A stretch of 64,000 bases of DNA from a virus. Lineage: Duplodnaviria > Caudoviricetes. How positions within the stretch are numbered: the stretch's first letter is position 1; each line of letters opens with the position of its first letter. A program made the position numbers and the translations under genes. The notes beneath the pieces were generated by a model, which was given only the letters and a program-made list of their open reading frames with translations, was not told the origin of the DNA and ran no database searches. Shown in pieces: positions 48,486 to 57,898 of the stretch. The stretch spans positions 1,506 through 65,505 of IMG/VR virus record IMGVR_UViG_3300032431_000007. The stretch is one strand, 5' to 3'.

Positions 48486-48926
48486 ATGGGAAGTCGTAAA
48501 CAGACAATTGCGATCAGCTTCGCCCAAGCCTATGAAAAGCTTGTGGGCGACATCGAGGACGTTGCTGCTGTTGTTCGCGAGAGCGCGGACAATATGGCCG
48601 AGCGTGCTCCGGACGCTGATCGGACTCAGCTGTGTGAGTCTGCTGCGGATGAGCTGGAAAGCTTTGCGCTGCCGGACGTTCCGGACGGCGAGTTCGCGGA
48701 CGTGTCCTATGTCATCGACGACCGCAAAAATGTTTCGAAAGCCGTGCAAGTGAGCAATCTGGCGGCAGCGGCCGAGGCGATTCTCGGGCAGGTGGAATCG
48801 GCGGTCAGCGAATACGAAGCTGACTATACCGACGACGTGAATGATGACCCATACGGTGATGACCTGCGCGAGTTTTCGGATGCGTTGTCCGATATTGTAG
48901 CAACGCTACAAAATATAGAGTTCTAA
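48486..48926 (+). CDS. acidic hypothetical protein
   Basis: D/E-rich helical sequence. Confidence 0.7.
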   Translation: MGSRKQTIAISFAQAYEKLVGDIEDVAAVVRESADNMAERAPDADRTQLCESAADELESFALPDVPDGEFADVSYVIDDRKNVSKAVQVSNLAAAAEAILGQVESAVSEYEADYTDDVNDDPYGDDLREFSDALSDIVATLQNIEF

Positions 48927-48942
48927 TCAAGCGAGGTAGGCT

Positions 48943-49431
48943 ATGACCCGACTCTTGGTCCTAAGTGTTCTTGTCGCCGCGCCGGTAGCTCTAGCTGCGG
49001 CGACGGTGGCTATTGCCCCGAGAGAAGTCCATCCGTTCCTTGAGTGGGGCGTGGTCGATGTCGAATATATGCTGGTCATAGAAGCGGAAGACGGTCGAAC
49101 CGCCTTCCGCAGGATCGGCCCCGACCAATGCCTTGCGAAGTATCAGGACGGTCCCATAACCTGCGAGGAGATTGACTTCTCCTTTGCCCCGCCGGAAGTT
49201 CCGCCTGTTGTCGGATCGCTTTTGCCGCCCGGTACGTCGCCCGGTGGCGGTGGCGGTGGCGGTGGTGGCAATCCTCGGCCTCCGTTTGATCCGCTCGACC
49301 CGATTCGGCCGGTTGATCCTGTCCCGCCGATTGATCCGATCCTGCCGCCGATTCCTTTGCCTGCGACAGGCTGGCTGTTCCTGCTGTGGATTGCAGCGTT
49401 TCTTTACATGAGAAAGACCTCTAATGGCTAA
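48943..49431 (+). CDS. exported protein with VPLPA-CTERM-like sorting signal
   Basis: Signal peptide, Gly/Pro linker, IPLPATGWLFLLWIAAFLYMRK. Confidence 0.8.
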   Translation: MTRLLVLSVLVAAPVALAAATVAIAPREVHPFLEWGVVDVEYMLVIEAEDGRTAFRRIGPDQCLAKYQDGPITCEEIDFSFAPPEVPPVVGSLLPPGTSPGGGGGGGGGNPRPPFDPLDPIRPVDPVPPIDPILPPIPLPATGWLFLLWIAAFLYMRKTSNG

Positions 49432-49762
49432 ATATCCAATCATAAAGCACCCTCATTCAGGCCAAGAGATGCCGAGAGAGCTTTTTGTCCGAGCCGGAAA
49501 AAGCTCCTGGCTTTTTCCAGTGATGGAAGAGGATGGCGACGTGCGTTTTATCCGAGAAGACGTTCACAACGCCCATGTTGAAGCGGCGGTATTTTCCGCC
49601 TTGCAACCGAAAGTAAAAACCATGACCGAGACACCGGGGGTGGTCGAAGTCAACCGCCTGTTTGAAATTATAATCAATCGCTACGACTTGCGACCTTCTG
49701 AAGCTCGTGCGTTGATTGCAGAAATGGACGACCGCTTTTTGCTGAAAGACATTCATTCATGA
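49424..49762 (+). CDS. hypothetical protein
   Basis: Coupled ORF. Confidence 0.55.
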   Translation: MAKYPIIKHPHSGQEMPRELFVRAGKSSWLFPVMEEDGDVRFIREDVHNAHVEAAVFSALQPKVKTMTETPGVVEVNRLFEIIINRYDLRPSEARALIAEMDDRFLLKDIHS

Positions 49763-50010
49763 CCCAGACAGTCGAAGACTACCTTGCTGAGCGCAACGCA
49801 GCGTTTGAAGCCGGTGACTTAGAATGGGCGCGTCGAATGCTACCAGCCGGAAGCAGCGATACTTTCGTCGCTATAGCATTCCACAAGGCGCGGTATGACT
49901 GCGCCGCCGTCTCTGACGCCAAGCGGATCGAGAGCCGTGACTGGCTTGTGTCGCGTCTTCTAACAGACGTTAACGGTGAAATAATCGACGCAAACCTGCC
50001 GGGAGGATAA
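49759..50010 (+). CDS. hypothetical protein
   Basis: ERNAAF…AFHKARY. Confidence 0.65.
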   Translation: MTQTVEDYLAERNAAFEAGDLEWARRMLPAGSSDTFVAIAFHKARYDCAAVSDAKRIESRDWLVSRLLTDVNGEIIDANLPGG

Positions 50011-50013
50011 GCT

Positions 50014-50319
50014 ATGAACGACAGTAACAAGAACTATCAAGGAACTTACTTTATCATCCAAGCGTGGTTGGCGTCGAGCCCAAACCACCCTCGATGGTCC
50101 GATGTTGCGAAGACTGCTATTGCGGGCTGGTCGGAATTTGAAAAGACGTCGGGTAGAATGGACTATTCTTTTGGTCAGTTCTGGACAGACGTTCTGGCTT
50201 GGGACAACCAAGCAGACGCTAAAGCCGCGTTCCTTATCCTTAATGGAAGACCACAGAAATATAAGATTCGTTTGATCCAGGTTTGGATTTCTCGTATAGA
50301 ACAGGAAGTGACGTCATGA
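50014..50319 (+). CDS. hypothetical protein
   Basis: GGAGG RBS. Confidence 0.6.
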   Translation: MNDSNKNYQGTYFIIQAWLASSPNHPRWSDVAKTAIAGWSEFEKTSGRMDYSFGQFWTDVLAWDNQADAKAAFLILNGRPQKYKIRLIQVWISRIEQEVTS

Positions 50320-50549
50320 ACGACGACAAATATCTGATAGGCTCAAACTGGCATCATGTCAAGACAGGAAAGGCGTATCACATCGTCTTGCTTTCGACGC
50401 GGGAAAGCGATCAAGCGACCTTGGTAAGCTACAAGGACAGCAACACGGCTTCCCCTCCAATCTGGACGCGACCCGCGTCTGAGTTCTTTGACGGTCGGTT
50501 CGTCCGGCTGTTCCTTGGCTACCGATTCCCGGAGGACGAATTACTGTGA
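50316..50549 (+). CDS. DUF1653-like protein
   Basis: WHHVKTGKAY…VSY…IWTRPASEF. Confidence 0.7.
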   Translation: MNDDKYLIGSNWHHVKTGKAYHIVLLSTRESDQATLVSYKDSNTASPPIWTRPASEFFDGRFVRLFLGYRFPEDELL

Positions 50550-50755
50550 TCGTCGTTTACATGCGGGACGAGAACAAGAAAAAGTTGCGCCGCGAACTTA
50601 AAGCCGCGCTCGCCCGCGAGGCGGCGCTGCGTGAAGGATTAGAATATATCTTCGCCTACTCTTTCGGGTGGAAGAAAACTAGTCCTGCAATACACATGGG
50701 CGAAGTCGCCCTTAACACTTTGGAGGGAAAGCCGTGGCCGAAAATAAAAATCTGA
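50546..50755 (+). CDS. hypothetical protein
   Basis: GGAGG RBS; overlap with the previous gene. Confidence 0.5.
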   Translation: MIVVYMRDENKKKLRRELKAALAREAALREGLEYIFAYSFGWKKTSPAIHMGEVALNTLEGKPWPKIKI

Positions 50756-50916
50756 CAGAGCAGCTTACTACGCTGCTTCGTCATCAGGCAAACCTGAACG
50801 ATGAAATCCTCGTTCGACTGAGTGTTCTGGAGATAGGCAAGTCCCGCTGGTTGATGTTTTTCGTCATCGTTTTCGGTGCCGTCATTGGCAACATCATTGC
50901 GGGGTTCCTGCCATGA
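50734..50916 (+). CDS. small membrane protein
   Basis: C-terminal TM segment. Confidence 0.55.
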   Translation: MAENKNLTEQLTTLLRHQANLNDEILVRLSVLEIGKSRWLMFFVIVFGAVIGNIIAGFLP

Positions 50917-51107
50917 ACGCATATCTAGCCAAGGTGTCAATCCCCGTTACAATTCGTGGTATGCGGTTTGCTTCGTACTCCGAAGCCGGTAGGCATTTCG
51001 GCGTGACCCGGCAAGCGGTACACCATGCCGCAAGAAAGAACCTTCTGGACAAAGTGGGTCTGCCTAGAACGGGAGAGAAGAAAAAGAGCGGGGCGAAGCC
51101 ATGCTAA
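50913..51107 (+). CDS. NUMOD1-like HTH protein (paralog of 1913)
   Basis: IPVTIRGMRFASYSEAGRHFGVT. Confidence 0.65.
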   Translation: MNAYLAKVSIPVTIRGMRFASYSEAGRHFGVTRQAVHHAARKNLLDKVGLPRTGEKKKSGAKPC

Positions 51108-51298
51108 CTGATGCCGACCGCGCCATCCCCTGCCGAGTCGAAGTCCATCGCGATAACGGAGGCTACCTTGCTGTCTTTATCGGGCAGCGCGAACCGGAGT
51201 CTAACTATATCTCCGTCCTGCATCGTAATTGGCACATATCCGCTGACGCTGCCGTGAACAACCCCGGTATGAACGTCCAAACAAGAATGGATATGTAA
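51101..51298 (+). CDS. hypothetical protein
   Basis: Coupled ORF. Confidence 0.45.
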   Translation: MLTDADRAIPCRVEVHRDNGGYLAVFIGQREPESNYISVLHRNWHISADAAVNNPGMNVQTRMDM

Positions 51299-51483
51299 TG
51301 CAATTATATCCTAATGTCAAAGGCCCTTTGTTTGTCCAGCGCGGGCTTATCTCTAAGCGTTGGTATATTCACGGCTACGTTCCCGGCGTATCTGCCGCAG
51401 TTCGCGTTCGTGCAAGTGACACAAGTTTTCGAACTAGGGGAGAAGCCCTAGCAGCTTTGAAGGAGATGACACATGACAAATGA
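51298..51483 (+). CDS. hypothetical protein
   Basis: TAATG overlap. Confidence 0.5.
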   Translation: MQLYPNVKGPLFVQRGLISKRWYIHGYVPGVSAAVRVRASDTSFRTRGEALAALKEMTHDK

Positions 51484-52291
51484 TCTAGTTGAAGATGGTC
51501 CTGCATATCTAACCGAATTGCAGGACGAAATCTTGCGCGCAACTATCCTGATGGACAAGACAAAGCTTGAATACATTCGTTACGTTGGGGCGCGGTTGTT
51601 ACAGGCGCGAACCATCTGCGATGATCCTGTCCTGAACAAAAGTATACCGGGCGAGAACCCAAATATCAAGTTCGGTCTGTGGCTTTCAGGCAATTTGACT
51701 GAAAGGCTGCCACAAAAAACGGCTCACCGATACCGGACGATGATCGAGCGCCTCGGCAGTTTTTCTAATGAAGATTGGGATAAGGTCGGGCTGTCAAACT
51801 GCTATGTCCTTTTGACCAAAGAAGATTCGGTTATTAACCGGGTCTTTGAGCGGGCGCGCGAAGCAGAACGTCCGCTAACCGCCGATCAGGTAACGCTGCT
51901 GCTCTATACCCCGGTTAACCTTCCGCCTGATCTACCGGCCGAACTTCGCCCGCCGCCTGCCGGTTATATCGCGCCGCCTGTCGTTATCCCTGCCGCCCTG
52001 CCCGACGCTCGGCCGCTTGCCGCGCAACCGTCCTTTACGCGCTCGGTTGCTGATCTGCCCGACGCTCCGGCCCCGGCCCCGGCCCCTAGCGCCGCTTACG
52101 TCGAATGGGGCGGTAAATCTCCGTCCTGTCTGGACGACTACCCGCTCGCGCTTCGGGCCGGTGCCCTACACTTCAAACACCGGCATTCACTGGCCGAGGT
52201 AACGGTGGCCACCGGCTTGGCGGGCGCGGCTCTGCGCGATGCCCTGCTGTTCGCCTACGCCTTTGTTGAGGGGCAGCGTTCAATAGATTAA
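51473..52291 (+). CDS. DUF3102-like protein with Pro-rich linker
   Basis: VGARLLQAR…FGLWL…KTAHRYR. Confidence 0.55.
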   Translation: MTNDLVEDGPAYLTELQDEILRATILMDKTKLEYIRYVGARLLQARTICDDPVLNKSIPGENPNIKFGLWLSGNLTERLPQKTAHRYRTMIERLGSFSNEDWDKVGLSNCYVLLTKEDSVINRVFERAREAERPLTADQVTLLLYTPVNLPPDLPAELRPPPAGYIAPPVVIPAALPDARPLAAQPSFTRSVADLPDAPAPAPAPSAAYVEWGGKSPSCLDDYPLALRAGALHFKHRHSLAEVTVATGLAGAALRDALLFAYAFVEGQRSID

Positions 52292-52292
52292 C

Positions 52293-52321
52293 TTGACTTC
52301 AGCCGGGATACCGGCTAGGCT
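52293..52321 (+). promoter_or_regulatory. sigma70-type promoter
   Basis: TTGACT-17-TAGGCT. Confidence 0.6.
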
Positions 52322-52669
52322 GGGTGGCAAGGTAGGAGACAACCGTGGCGAAGATAAAAGAACGGCAAGACATCGAACCAGCGAAGTTTAAGTCGCTGTT
52401 GGAGGCGGGAGCTATTCGTCCCGCGTCTGTCGATGACGTATGGGGGACTCATCACGACCGCCCTCTTATCAATCACCCGAACACCGGGCAACCCTATGTA
52501 ACAACGATGAGGATGCAATGACTGATCCTGATGATAAAGACGTTCCCGCCGAGCCCGCCGAGCCGACCTTGTGTGTCGGCGTCTTTCTTGACAATGGGAC
52601 CATAGAGTTCAAAAATATGGACATCGAAGACTTTGTCGGACTGATGCAGCAACTTCTGGGAGGCGACTG

Positions 52670-52909
52670 ATGCAGAACGTAGTCAAACTGCGGCACGCCC
52701 CCGAGCAACAGTCGCGCCAAGAAATCATGCAAATTTTGTCTTACGCTATCCAAGACTTCGGGTCGCTTAAGATGCTGTCCATTCGCACGGGCCTTTCCGT
52801 AAGCTGCCTTCGGTCGATCGTCAACGAACGGACCTCCTGGCCGCGCTGGGTTACGTTCCAAGTCCTGTGCGATATTCTGAACCTCCAACTTACATTAAGG
52901 AAACTGTGA
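52670..52909 (+). CDS. XRE-like HTH protein
   Basis: LKMLSIRTGLSVSCLRSIVNERTSWPRWVT. Confidence 0.7.
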   Translation: MQNVVKLRHAPEQQSRQEIMQILSYAIQDFGSLKMLSIRTGLSVSCLRSIVNERTSWPRWVTFQVLCDILNLQLTLRKL

Positions 52910-53334
52910 TGGCCGAAACCTTTGAAGAGTACGTGGCTAAGTGGGATACGCTGGTCGCGCAGATCGAAGTCTTTAAGAGGCAGATGAAACCGCTGGTCGA
53001 AAAAGAAATGGAAATGCGGCGGGCAATCCATCGGCAGATTGCGGCGGCGATGGGCGATTTGTTCAAAGAAGGTATGAACAATTATCCGATGCTGGATGGC
53101 CGCAAGCTGAAGGTCCAGAACGGCATAAAGCGCGAAATCGACACGATAATGATCCCCGTCGCGCGGGAAGCATACCGGCTGCTGAATCATCGCGAGGTGC
53201 CGTTTGATGATCTGCTCCGGACAAAATTCGAACTGTCCAAGGTTGACTGGAACAAGGTCAGTGTCGAAGGCAAGGCGGCTGTCTCTGTTATGATTACTTC
53301 TAAGCCCGACACGCCTTCTGTCGTGCTGGATTAA
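52909..53334 (+). CDS. hypothetical protein of the recombination module
   Basis: N-terminal coiled coil; typical neighbour of AAA_24/DUF669 genes. Confidence 0.65.
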   Translation: MAETFEEYVAKWDTLVAQIEVFKRQMKPLVEKEMEMRRAIHRQIAAAMGDLFKEGMNNYPMLDGRKLKVQNGIKREIDTIMIPVAREAYRLLNHREVPFDDLLRTKFELSKVDWNKVSVEGKAAVSVMITSKPDTPSVVLD

Positions 53335-53340
53335 TTTCAC

Positions 53341-53369
53341 TTGACTAGCGGGCGCAAGCCTGCTAGTCT
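53341..53369 (+). promoter_or_regulatory. sigma70-type promoter
   Basis: TTGACT-17-TAGTCT. Confidence 0.65.
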
Positions 53370-53414
53370 AACCCGAGGCCGGGCAGGCAAGCCCGATAAT
53401 CAAGGAACCAAGGA

Positions 53415-53750
53415 ATGATCCCTTTTAGCGACATGGAAAGAGCTGGGTTGCTCCCGACGCTCTTCAGTGAGGATGATCCGCGTCCCGCTTATGAGCAGCT
53501 TCCTGCGAACTATAAGTTCGATGTTACGTTGTCGAGATTTACGCTGACCGGCAACGGTACAAAGGATTGGCGGCTTCGCTATCCAGGAAACTTGCCGCTG
53601 GAACCAGTCAGCTTCGCCATGCTGCGCGGCGTGGCCCTCGTGTTGTTTGAAGACAACTGGCTGGCTATCATTCAGCCGGATGGTGCCTATAAAGTGCTCG
53701 CGCATAACTGGACTAATCCCGAGCCGGCGCGGGTTCCGCCGGTAAGTTAA
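53415..53750 (+). CDS. hypothetical protein
   Basis: AAGGA RBS; DDPRPAYEQL…YPG. Confidence 0.65.
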   Translation: MIPFSDMERAGLLPTLFSEDDPRPAYEQLPANYKFDVTLSRFTLTGNGTKDWRLRYPGNLPLEPVSFAMLRGVALVLFEDNWLAIIQPDGAYKVLAHNWTNPEPARVPPVS

Positions 53751-53761
53751 GGAGTGTTTTT

Positions 53762-54019
53762 ATGCTGGCTGAACAACTTCAACAGTACGTGAATCTTCGG
53801 TCGCTTTCCGACGCCGCTTTTGCGGGCGGATCGGAAGGTGTGGACGAGCTTAACTTCGAAGACGAACCGGACGGCGACGAGCCGGACGAGGATGCTCCGG
53901 ACGAAGACGACGCTGACGAACACGGTTCCGATAACGTTGACGACGATGGCGACGAGGACGAACCCTACGACGATGGCGAAGATGACGGCGAAGATGACGG
54001 GGACGATACGACCGATTAA
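53762..54019 (+). CDS. extremely acidic small protein
   Basis: TAAGGAG RBS; poly-D/E C-terminal 55 aa. Confidence 0.65.
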   Translation: MLAEQLQQYVNLRSLSDAAFAGGSEGVDELNFEDEPDGDEPDEDAPDEDDADEHGSDNVDDDGDEDEPYDDGEDDGEDDGDDTTD

Positions 54020-54185
54020 CTTTTCCTAGGCGGCGAAAGCTGCGGGCGTGATCGGGCCTTCCAGCGATCACGTCTTAGGAAGCAAACCATTAACGAGGTT
54101 AATGGGGGCGTGGTCGGTCTGTGCAATGCACCTCTGACCTTAAAAGAGCGGCTGTGCATTGCACCCCGCCAACTGGAAGGCGACT

Positions 54186-54881
54186 ATGGCACTTAACTGG
54201 AATACAACTGACAAAGCCGGTGCTACTCACGGAATAAAGGCACTGGTTTTTGGCGCCGCTGGGACTGGAAAGACCAGCCTTTGCGGAACTGCACCATCGC
54301 CACTTATCATCAGCGCGGAAGCCGGGCTCCTGTCCCTGCGCGCGAAGAAGATACCCGTCCTGGAAGTCAAGACAATTCAAGATGTCTGGGACGCCTTGAA
54401 CTGGTGCAAAACGGATGCCGCCAAAAGCGGGTTCCATACGATCTGCCTCGACTCTATTAGCGAGATTGTGGAAACAGTCCTTGCTAATGAGAAGAAGAAG
54501 ACAAAAGACCCGCGGGCGGCTTACGGCGAAATGGCAACGCTAAGCATTGAGCTGGTGAAAGCCTTCCGCGATCTGCCGGGTTTCAACGTGCTCGTCACGG
54601 CGAAACAAACTATAGTCACCGATACCGTTACCGGAATCTCGCGGGCGCAACCGACAGCGCCGGGGCAACAGGTCGGTTCAGCACTTCCATATCTTTTTGA
54701 TCTGGTGATGCACGCTTCGACTGATAAAGACCCTCAAGGCAAGGTCTATCACTACCTTCGCACACACGCGGCGTTTAACGCGGAGGCCAAAGACAGGAGC
54801 GGGGCGCTCGACGAAATCGAATTCCCTGACTTTGCGAATATCATTAACAAGATCATGGCGGCTGCGCCGCCTGCCGCATAA
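54186..54881 (+). CDS. AAA_24 / Sak4-like ssDNA-annealing ATPase
   Basis: GAAGTGKT, ISAEAG, ICLDSISE, AKDRSG. Confidence 0.88.
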   Translation: MALNWNTTDKAGATHGIKALVFGAAGTGKTSLCGTAPSPLIISAEAGLLSLRAKKIPVLEVKTIQDVWDALNWCKTDAAKSGFHTICLDSISEIVETVLANEKKKTKDPRAAYGEMATLSIELVKAFRDLPGFNVLVTAKQTIVTDTVTGISRAQPTAPGQQVGSALPYLFDLVMHASTDKDPQGKVYHYLRTHAAFNAEAKDRSGALDEIEFPDFANIINKIMAAAPPAA

Positions 54882-54896
54882 CCCAGGAGACCAGAT

Positions 54897-55589
54897 ATGG
54901 TTCAACTAAACTTTAACGCGGCTCAATACGAGCCTTCCAGTGGCGCCGCAGATGTATTTGAAACGGGCGAGTACCCGTTTCAGATTGTCGCGTCAGAACT
55001 GAAACCAACGAAGTCCGGCAATGGCCAGATGATTGTCTTCACCTTGGCGTGCCTTGAAGAAGGTATGAACGGGCGCAGGCTTTCGGTGCGTCTGAACGTC
55101 GTAAACCAAAGTGCTCAAGCAGTCGATATCGCTTTCAGGGAACTGTCCGCGATCTCGCATGTCTGCGGTATTTTGAACTGGCAGGACACGCAACAACTTC
55201 ACGGGCGCCCGTTTCGCGTTCGCGTCGAAAAAACTCCGCGGTCGGACGATCCTACCAAGTTCGGCAACGAAATTCGTGGCTACCTCGACTCGCAGGGCAA
55301 TCTTCCTGGCAAGGGGCAGTCGCTCGCCCCTAGCGCTGCGCCACAACCTCCGGCGCAACCTCCGGTGCAGCAGTTCGCGCCTCCCGTTGCCGCGCCCTTC
55401 GCCCCGCCCGTTGCTGCGCCTGTAGCGGCCCCGGTGGCGCCGCCCTTTGCCGCGCCTGTAGCGGCCCCTGTAGCGGCCCCTGTTGCGGTTGCGGCCCCGG
55501 CCCCTGCCGCGCCGCCGTTCGCCGCGCCTGCCGGTGTAGCGCCTCAGCCGTGGGTGCCACCGGGCTGGCCTCCGGTGGCGCCGGCCTAA
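54897..55589 (+). CDS. DUF669-family ssDNA-binding protein with Pro/Ala tail
   Basis: GEYPFQIVASELKPTKSG…QAVDIA…LSAI. Confidence 0.85.
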   Translation: MVQLNFNAAQYEPSSGAADVFETGEYPFQIVASELKPTKSGNGQMIVFTLACLEEGMNGRRLSVRLNVVNQSAQAVDIAFRELSAISHVCGILNWQDTQQLHGRPFRVRVEKTPRSDDPTKFGNEIRGYLDSQGNLPGKGQSLAPSAAPQPPAQPPVQQFAPPVAAPFAPPVAAPVAAPVAPPFAAPVAAPVAAPVAVAAPAPAAPPFAAPAGVAPQPWVPPGWPPVAPA

Positions 55590-55643
55590 GCTATGACAAC
55601 CGCGACGGCTTCCAACCGGAGGCCGTCGCTTCTTAAAAATCGC

Positions 55644-55672
55644 TTGGCTTCCGCGCTGGCGCGTGGTATAGT
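55644..55672 (+). promoter_or_regulatory. sigma70-type promoter
   Basis: TTGGCT-17-TATAGT. Confidence 0.55.
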
Positions 55673-55719
55673 GTCTAGAGGCGCGGCACTGTGTCGCCCT
55701 GTAACCAAGGAATAAACAA

Positions 55720-56424
55720 ATGTCGATAGCTGAAACGATCCGCAAGATCATTGCGAAAGCAGACAGCACCGCGCACCCGGAAGAGGCTTCGGTCTTTATG
55801 GAGAAGGCGCTGAGGATGATGGAAGCGCACGGTCTGTCGCTGCTGGAACTCGGGCGGCTGGATAGCGATAATCCGGTCGGCGTGGATATGTATTTCTTTG
55901 AATCCACAAAAACGACCGAGTGGCGCCAAACGCTGGGAACGCAGCTTGCAAAGTATTTCGGATGCCGGTTGATTGTTCTTCGCAGCAAGGATATGTTCGG
56001 CAAGACCCAAAATATCTATCATTCGCTTGCCGGGCGCGAATCGGCCCGCGTAACCTATCAACTCATGTGGCCGTATGTTTTGCGGCAAGTTATGAAGCAG
56101 GCTGCCGAGGCCAATCGTAACGGCGAATATAAGCACCCGTCGCAAGGTTATAAAGCAGTTGCCGACGCGCTGAGCCTTCGGCTGATGCGGTTGAATAGGG
56201 ACAGGGCTGCGGCAGCTCCCGAACAGCGCGGGGTTAACGCTCTCGTTCCGGTCGATCTGATCCAATTCGCCATAGACGAAGCGTTTGCGGCTACCGGCGG
56301 GACGAAAAAAACCGCTGGTAAGAAAGTGCGAGTCGATGATAACGCGATGAGTCGCGCTTCGTCGATCAGTCTGCACCGTCAAGCTTCGGCTGACACGGCT
56401 GTGCGAAGAATCGGTTCGCGGTAA
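55720..56424 (+). CDS. DUF2786-domain protein
   Basis: IRKIIAKADST…EEA…KALRMMEAHGL. Confidence 0.8.
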   Translation: MSIAETIRKIIAKADSTAHPEEASVFMEKALRMMEAHGLSLLELGRLDSDNPVGVDMYFFESTKTTEWRQTLGTQLAKYFGCRLIVLRSKDMFGKTQNIYHSLAGRESARVTYQLMWPYVLRQVMKQAAEANRNGEYKHPSQGYKAVADALSLRLMRLNRDRAAAAPEQRGVNALVPVDLIQFAIDEAFAATGGTKKTAGKKVRVDDNAMSRASSISLHRQASADTAVRRIGSR

Positions 56425-56912
56425 TGCCAATCAGAGCGACGGTAATTTCCGACGCTTCGGTATATGAAGAAGGCCGTCCCCCAAATCAAAAAGTTTTTGG
56501 GGGATGGGCGGCTCATGTTCGAATTGACGGTAATCCAAAGCCTATAAGGGGCTATGGTTCAATTCATAACACCACGGCCAAACTCACAAGCACAACTTGT
56601 GAGATGTTTGCCGCTATAAATGGAATATGGCTTGCCAAGGAGAAAGGTGCGACAGAGGTTCTAGTCAGGTCTGACTGCATGGCGGTTATCAGCGCCATAA
56701 CAAAGGGCGATCTAAGCTTTAAGATGCTCGAGATTTGGCATGTGGCGCTTACTCACGCAAAGTGCCTCGACGTAAGCTTGCGCGCCCATCATGTTCGCGC
56801 ACACACGGAGGCCGCAGACGCGACTTCGTGGATTAACGATTGGTGCGACCGTCACGCCCGGAGGGGCATGTCTTTTTCAAGAAAGGGGATCAAATGTCTA
56901 GAACTGCGGTAG
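56424..56912 (+). CDS. RNase H-like protein
   Basis: SDAS, GGWA, E, SDC, HVRAH, NDWCD acidic tetrad. Confidence 0.85.
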   Translation: MPIRATVISDASVYEEGRPPNQKVFGGWAAHVRIDGNPKPIRGYGSIHNTTAKLTSTTCEMFAAINGIWLAKEKGATEVLVRSDCMAVISAITKGDLSFKMLEIWHVALTHAKCLDVSLRAHHVRAHTEAADATSWINDWCDRHARRGMSFSRKGIKCLELR

Positions 56913-57874
56913 AGAATATAAGGCTGGCGGTCGAAAAAGCTTCGCAAGGAGTTTTAAGCACGCGAGATGCTGATAAGAAGCGCGGGCACCTCGGCGCGAG
57001 CCAAATTGGCCACCGTTGCCCGCGTCAATCGTGGTACGCATTCCGTTGGTTCTATCAAGGCCAACACACCGGGCGGCTGCTCCGATTGTTTAATCGCGGG
57101 CACGAAGAAGAAGCGCGGCTGTTGCGCTGGCTCCGGGCGGCAGGTTACGAAGTCCGTGACCATAGCCAGAGACTTTGGTACTACGACGGACCGGAAGGCG
57201 GCGAGCGCTACCTTCTAACTGACTGGGAGCACAAGAACCCGCCCTATTACGAAGATGTTAGCGGTGATGCGCGCCATACTGCGCTCGCTAAAGAACAGGG
57301 TGTCAGCCCGAAACAGTGGGGTTTTGTTGACGAACAAACGTCGTTCTTTAGCGGCGAGTGCGACGGTCTGATTCGTGGTCCAAACCTGCCCGAAGGTTGG
57401 GGCACAGTCGAGTTTAAGACGATGAACGATAAGTCGTTCAAAGACGTTACAAACAAAGGCGTCATGTCGTCAAAGCCTGTTTATTGGATTCAGTCGCAGA
57501 TATACATGCGCAAGCTGAACATGAACTGGTGTCTTTTTGTTTCGACAAACAAGAATGACGATGATATTTACTACGAAATACTGCATCTTAAACCAGAAGT
57601 CGCGGATCAGTATATAGATTTAGCGCGCAGTATCATTCGCGCCCAAAGTGCCCCGGCTCGGATTACGGAAGACCCGTCGTGGTTTGAATGTAAGTTTTGC
57701 GACTTTCGGGAAATCTGTCACTACGGCGAAGCGCCAAAGAAGAACTGTCGGACCTGCCAATACTCGGTGGCCACCGATCTGGGCGCGTTCCACTGTAATC
57801 TACACCACGGCGACATTCCGTTTGACTTCCAGCAGGTCGGATGCGATCAATGGCTCCAGCATTATTCCGTTTGA
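56894..57874 (+). CDS. Cas4-like PD-(D/E)xK exonuclease
   Basis: HLGASQIGHRC, CDG, EFKT, Q-x-Y, CKFCDFREIC. Confidence 0.88.
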   Translation: MSRTAVENIRLAVEKASQGVLSTRDADKKRGHLGASQIGHRCPRQSWYAFRWFYQGQHTGRLLRLFNRGHEEEARLLRWLRAAGYEVRDHSQRLWYYDGPEGGERYLLTDWEHKNPPYYEDVSGDARHTALAKEQGVSPKQWGFVDEQTSFFSGECDGLIRGPNLPEGWGTVEFKTMNDKSFKDVTNKGVMSSKPVYWIQSQIYMRKLNMNWCLFVSTNKNDDDIYYEILHLKPEVADQYIDLARSIIRAQSAPARITEDPSWFECKFCDFREICHYGEAPKKNCRTCQYSVATDLGAFHCNLHHGDIPFDFQQVGCDQWLQHYSV

Positions 57875-57898
57875 CTTTTAACAGGTAGGTCGCGAACA

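Noticed and set aside
56894-57874. CRISPR-associated cas4
   Set aside because: It sits in the common phage AAA_24/DUF669/exonuclease/helicase module; no cas1 or array.
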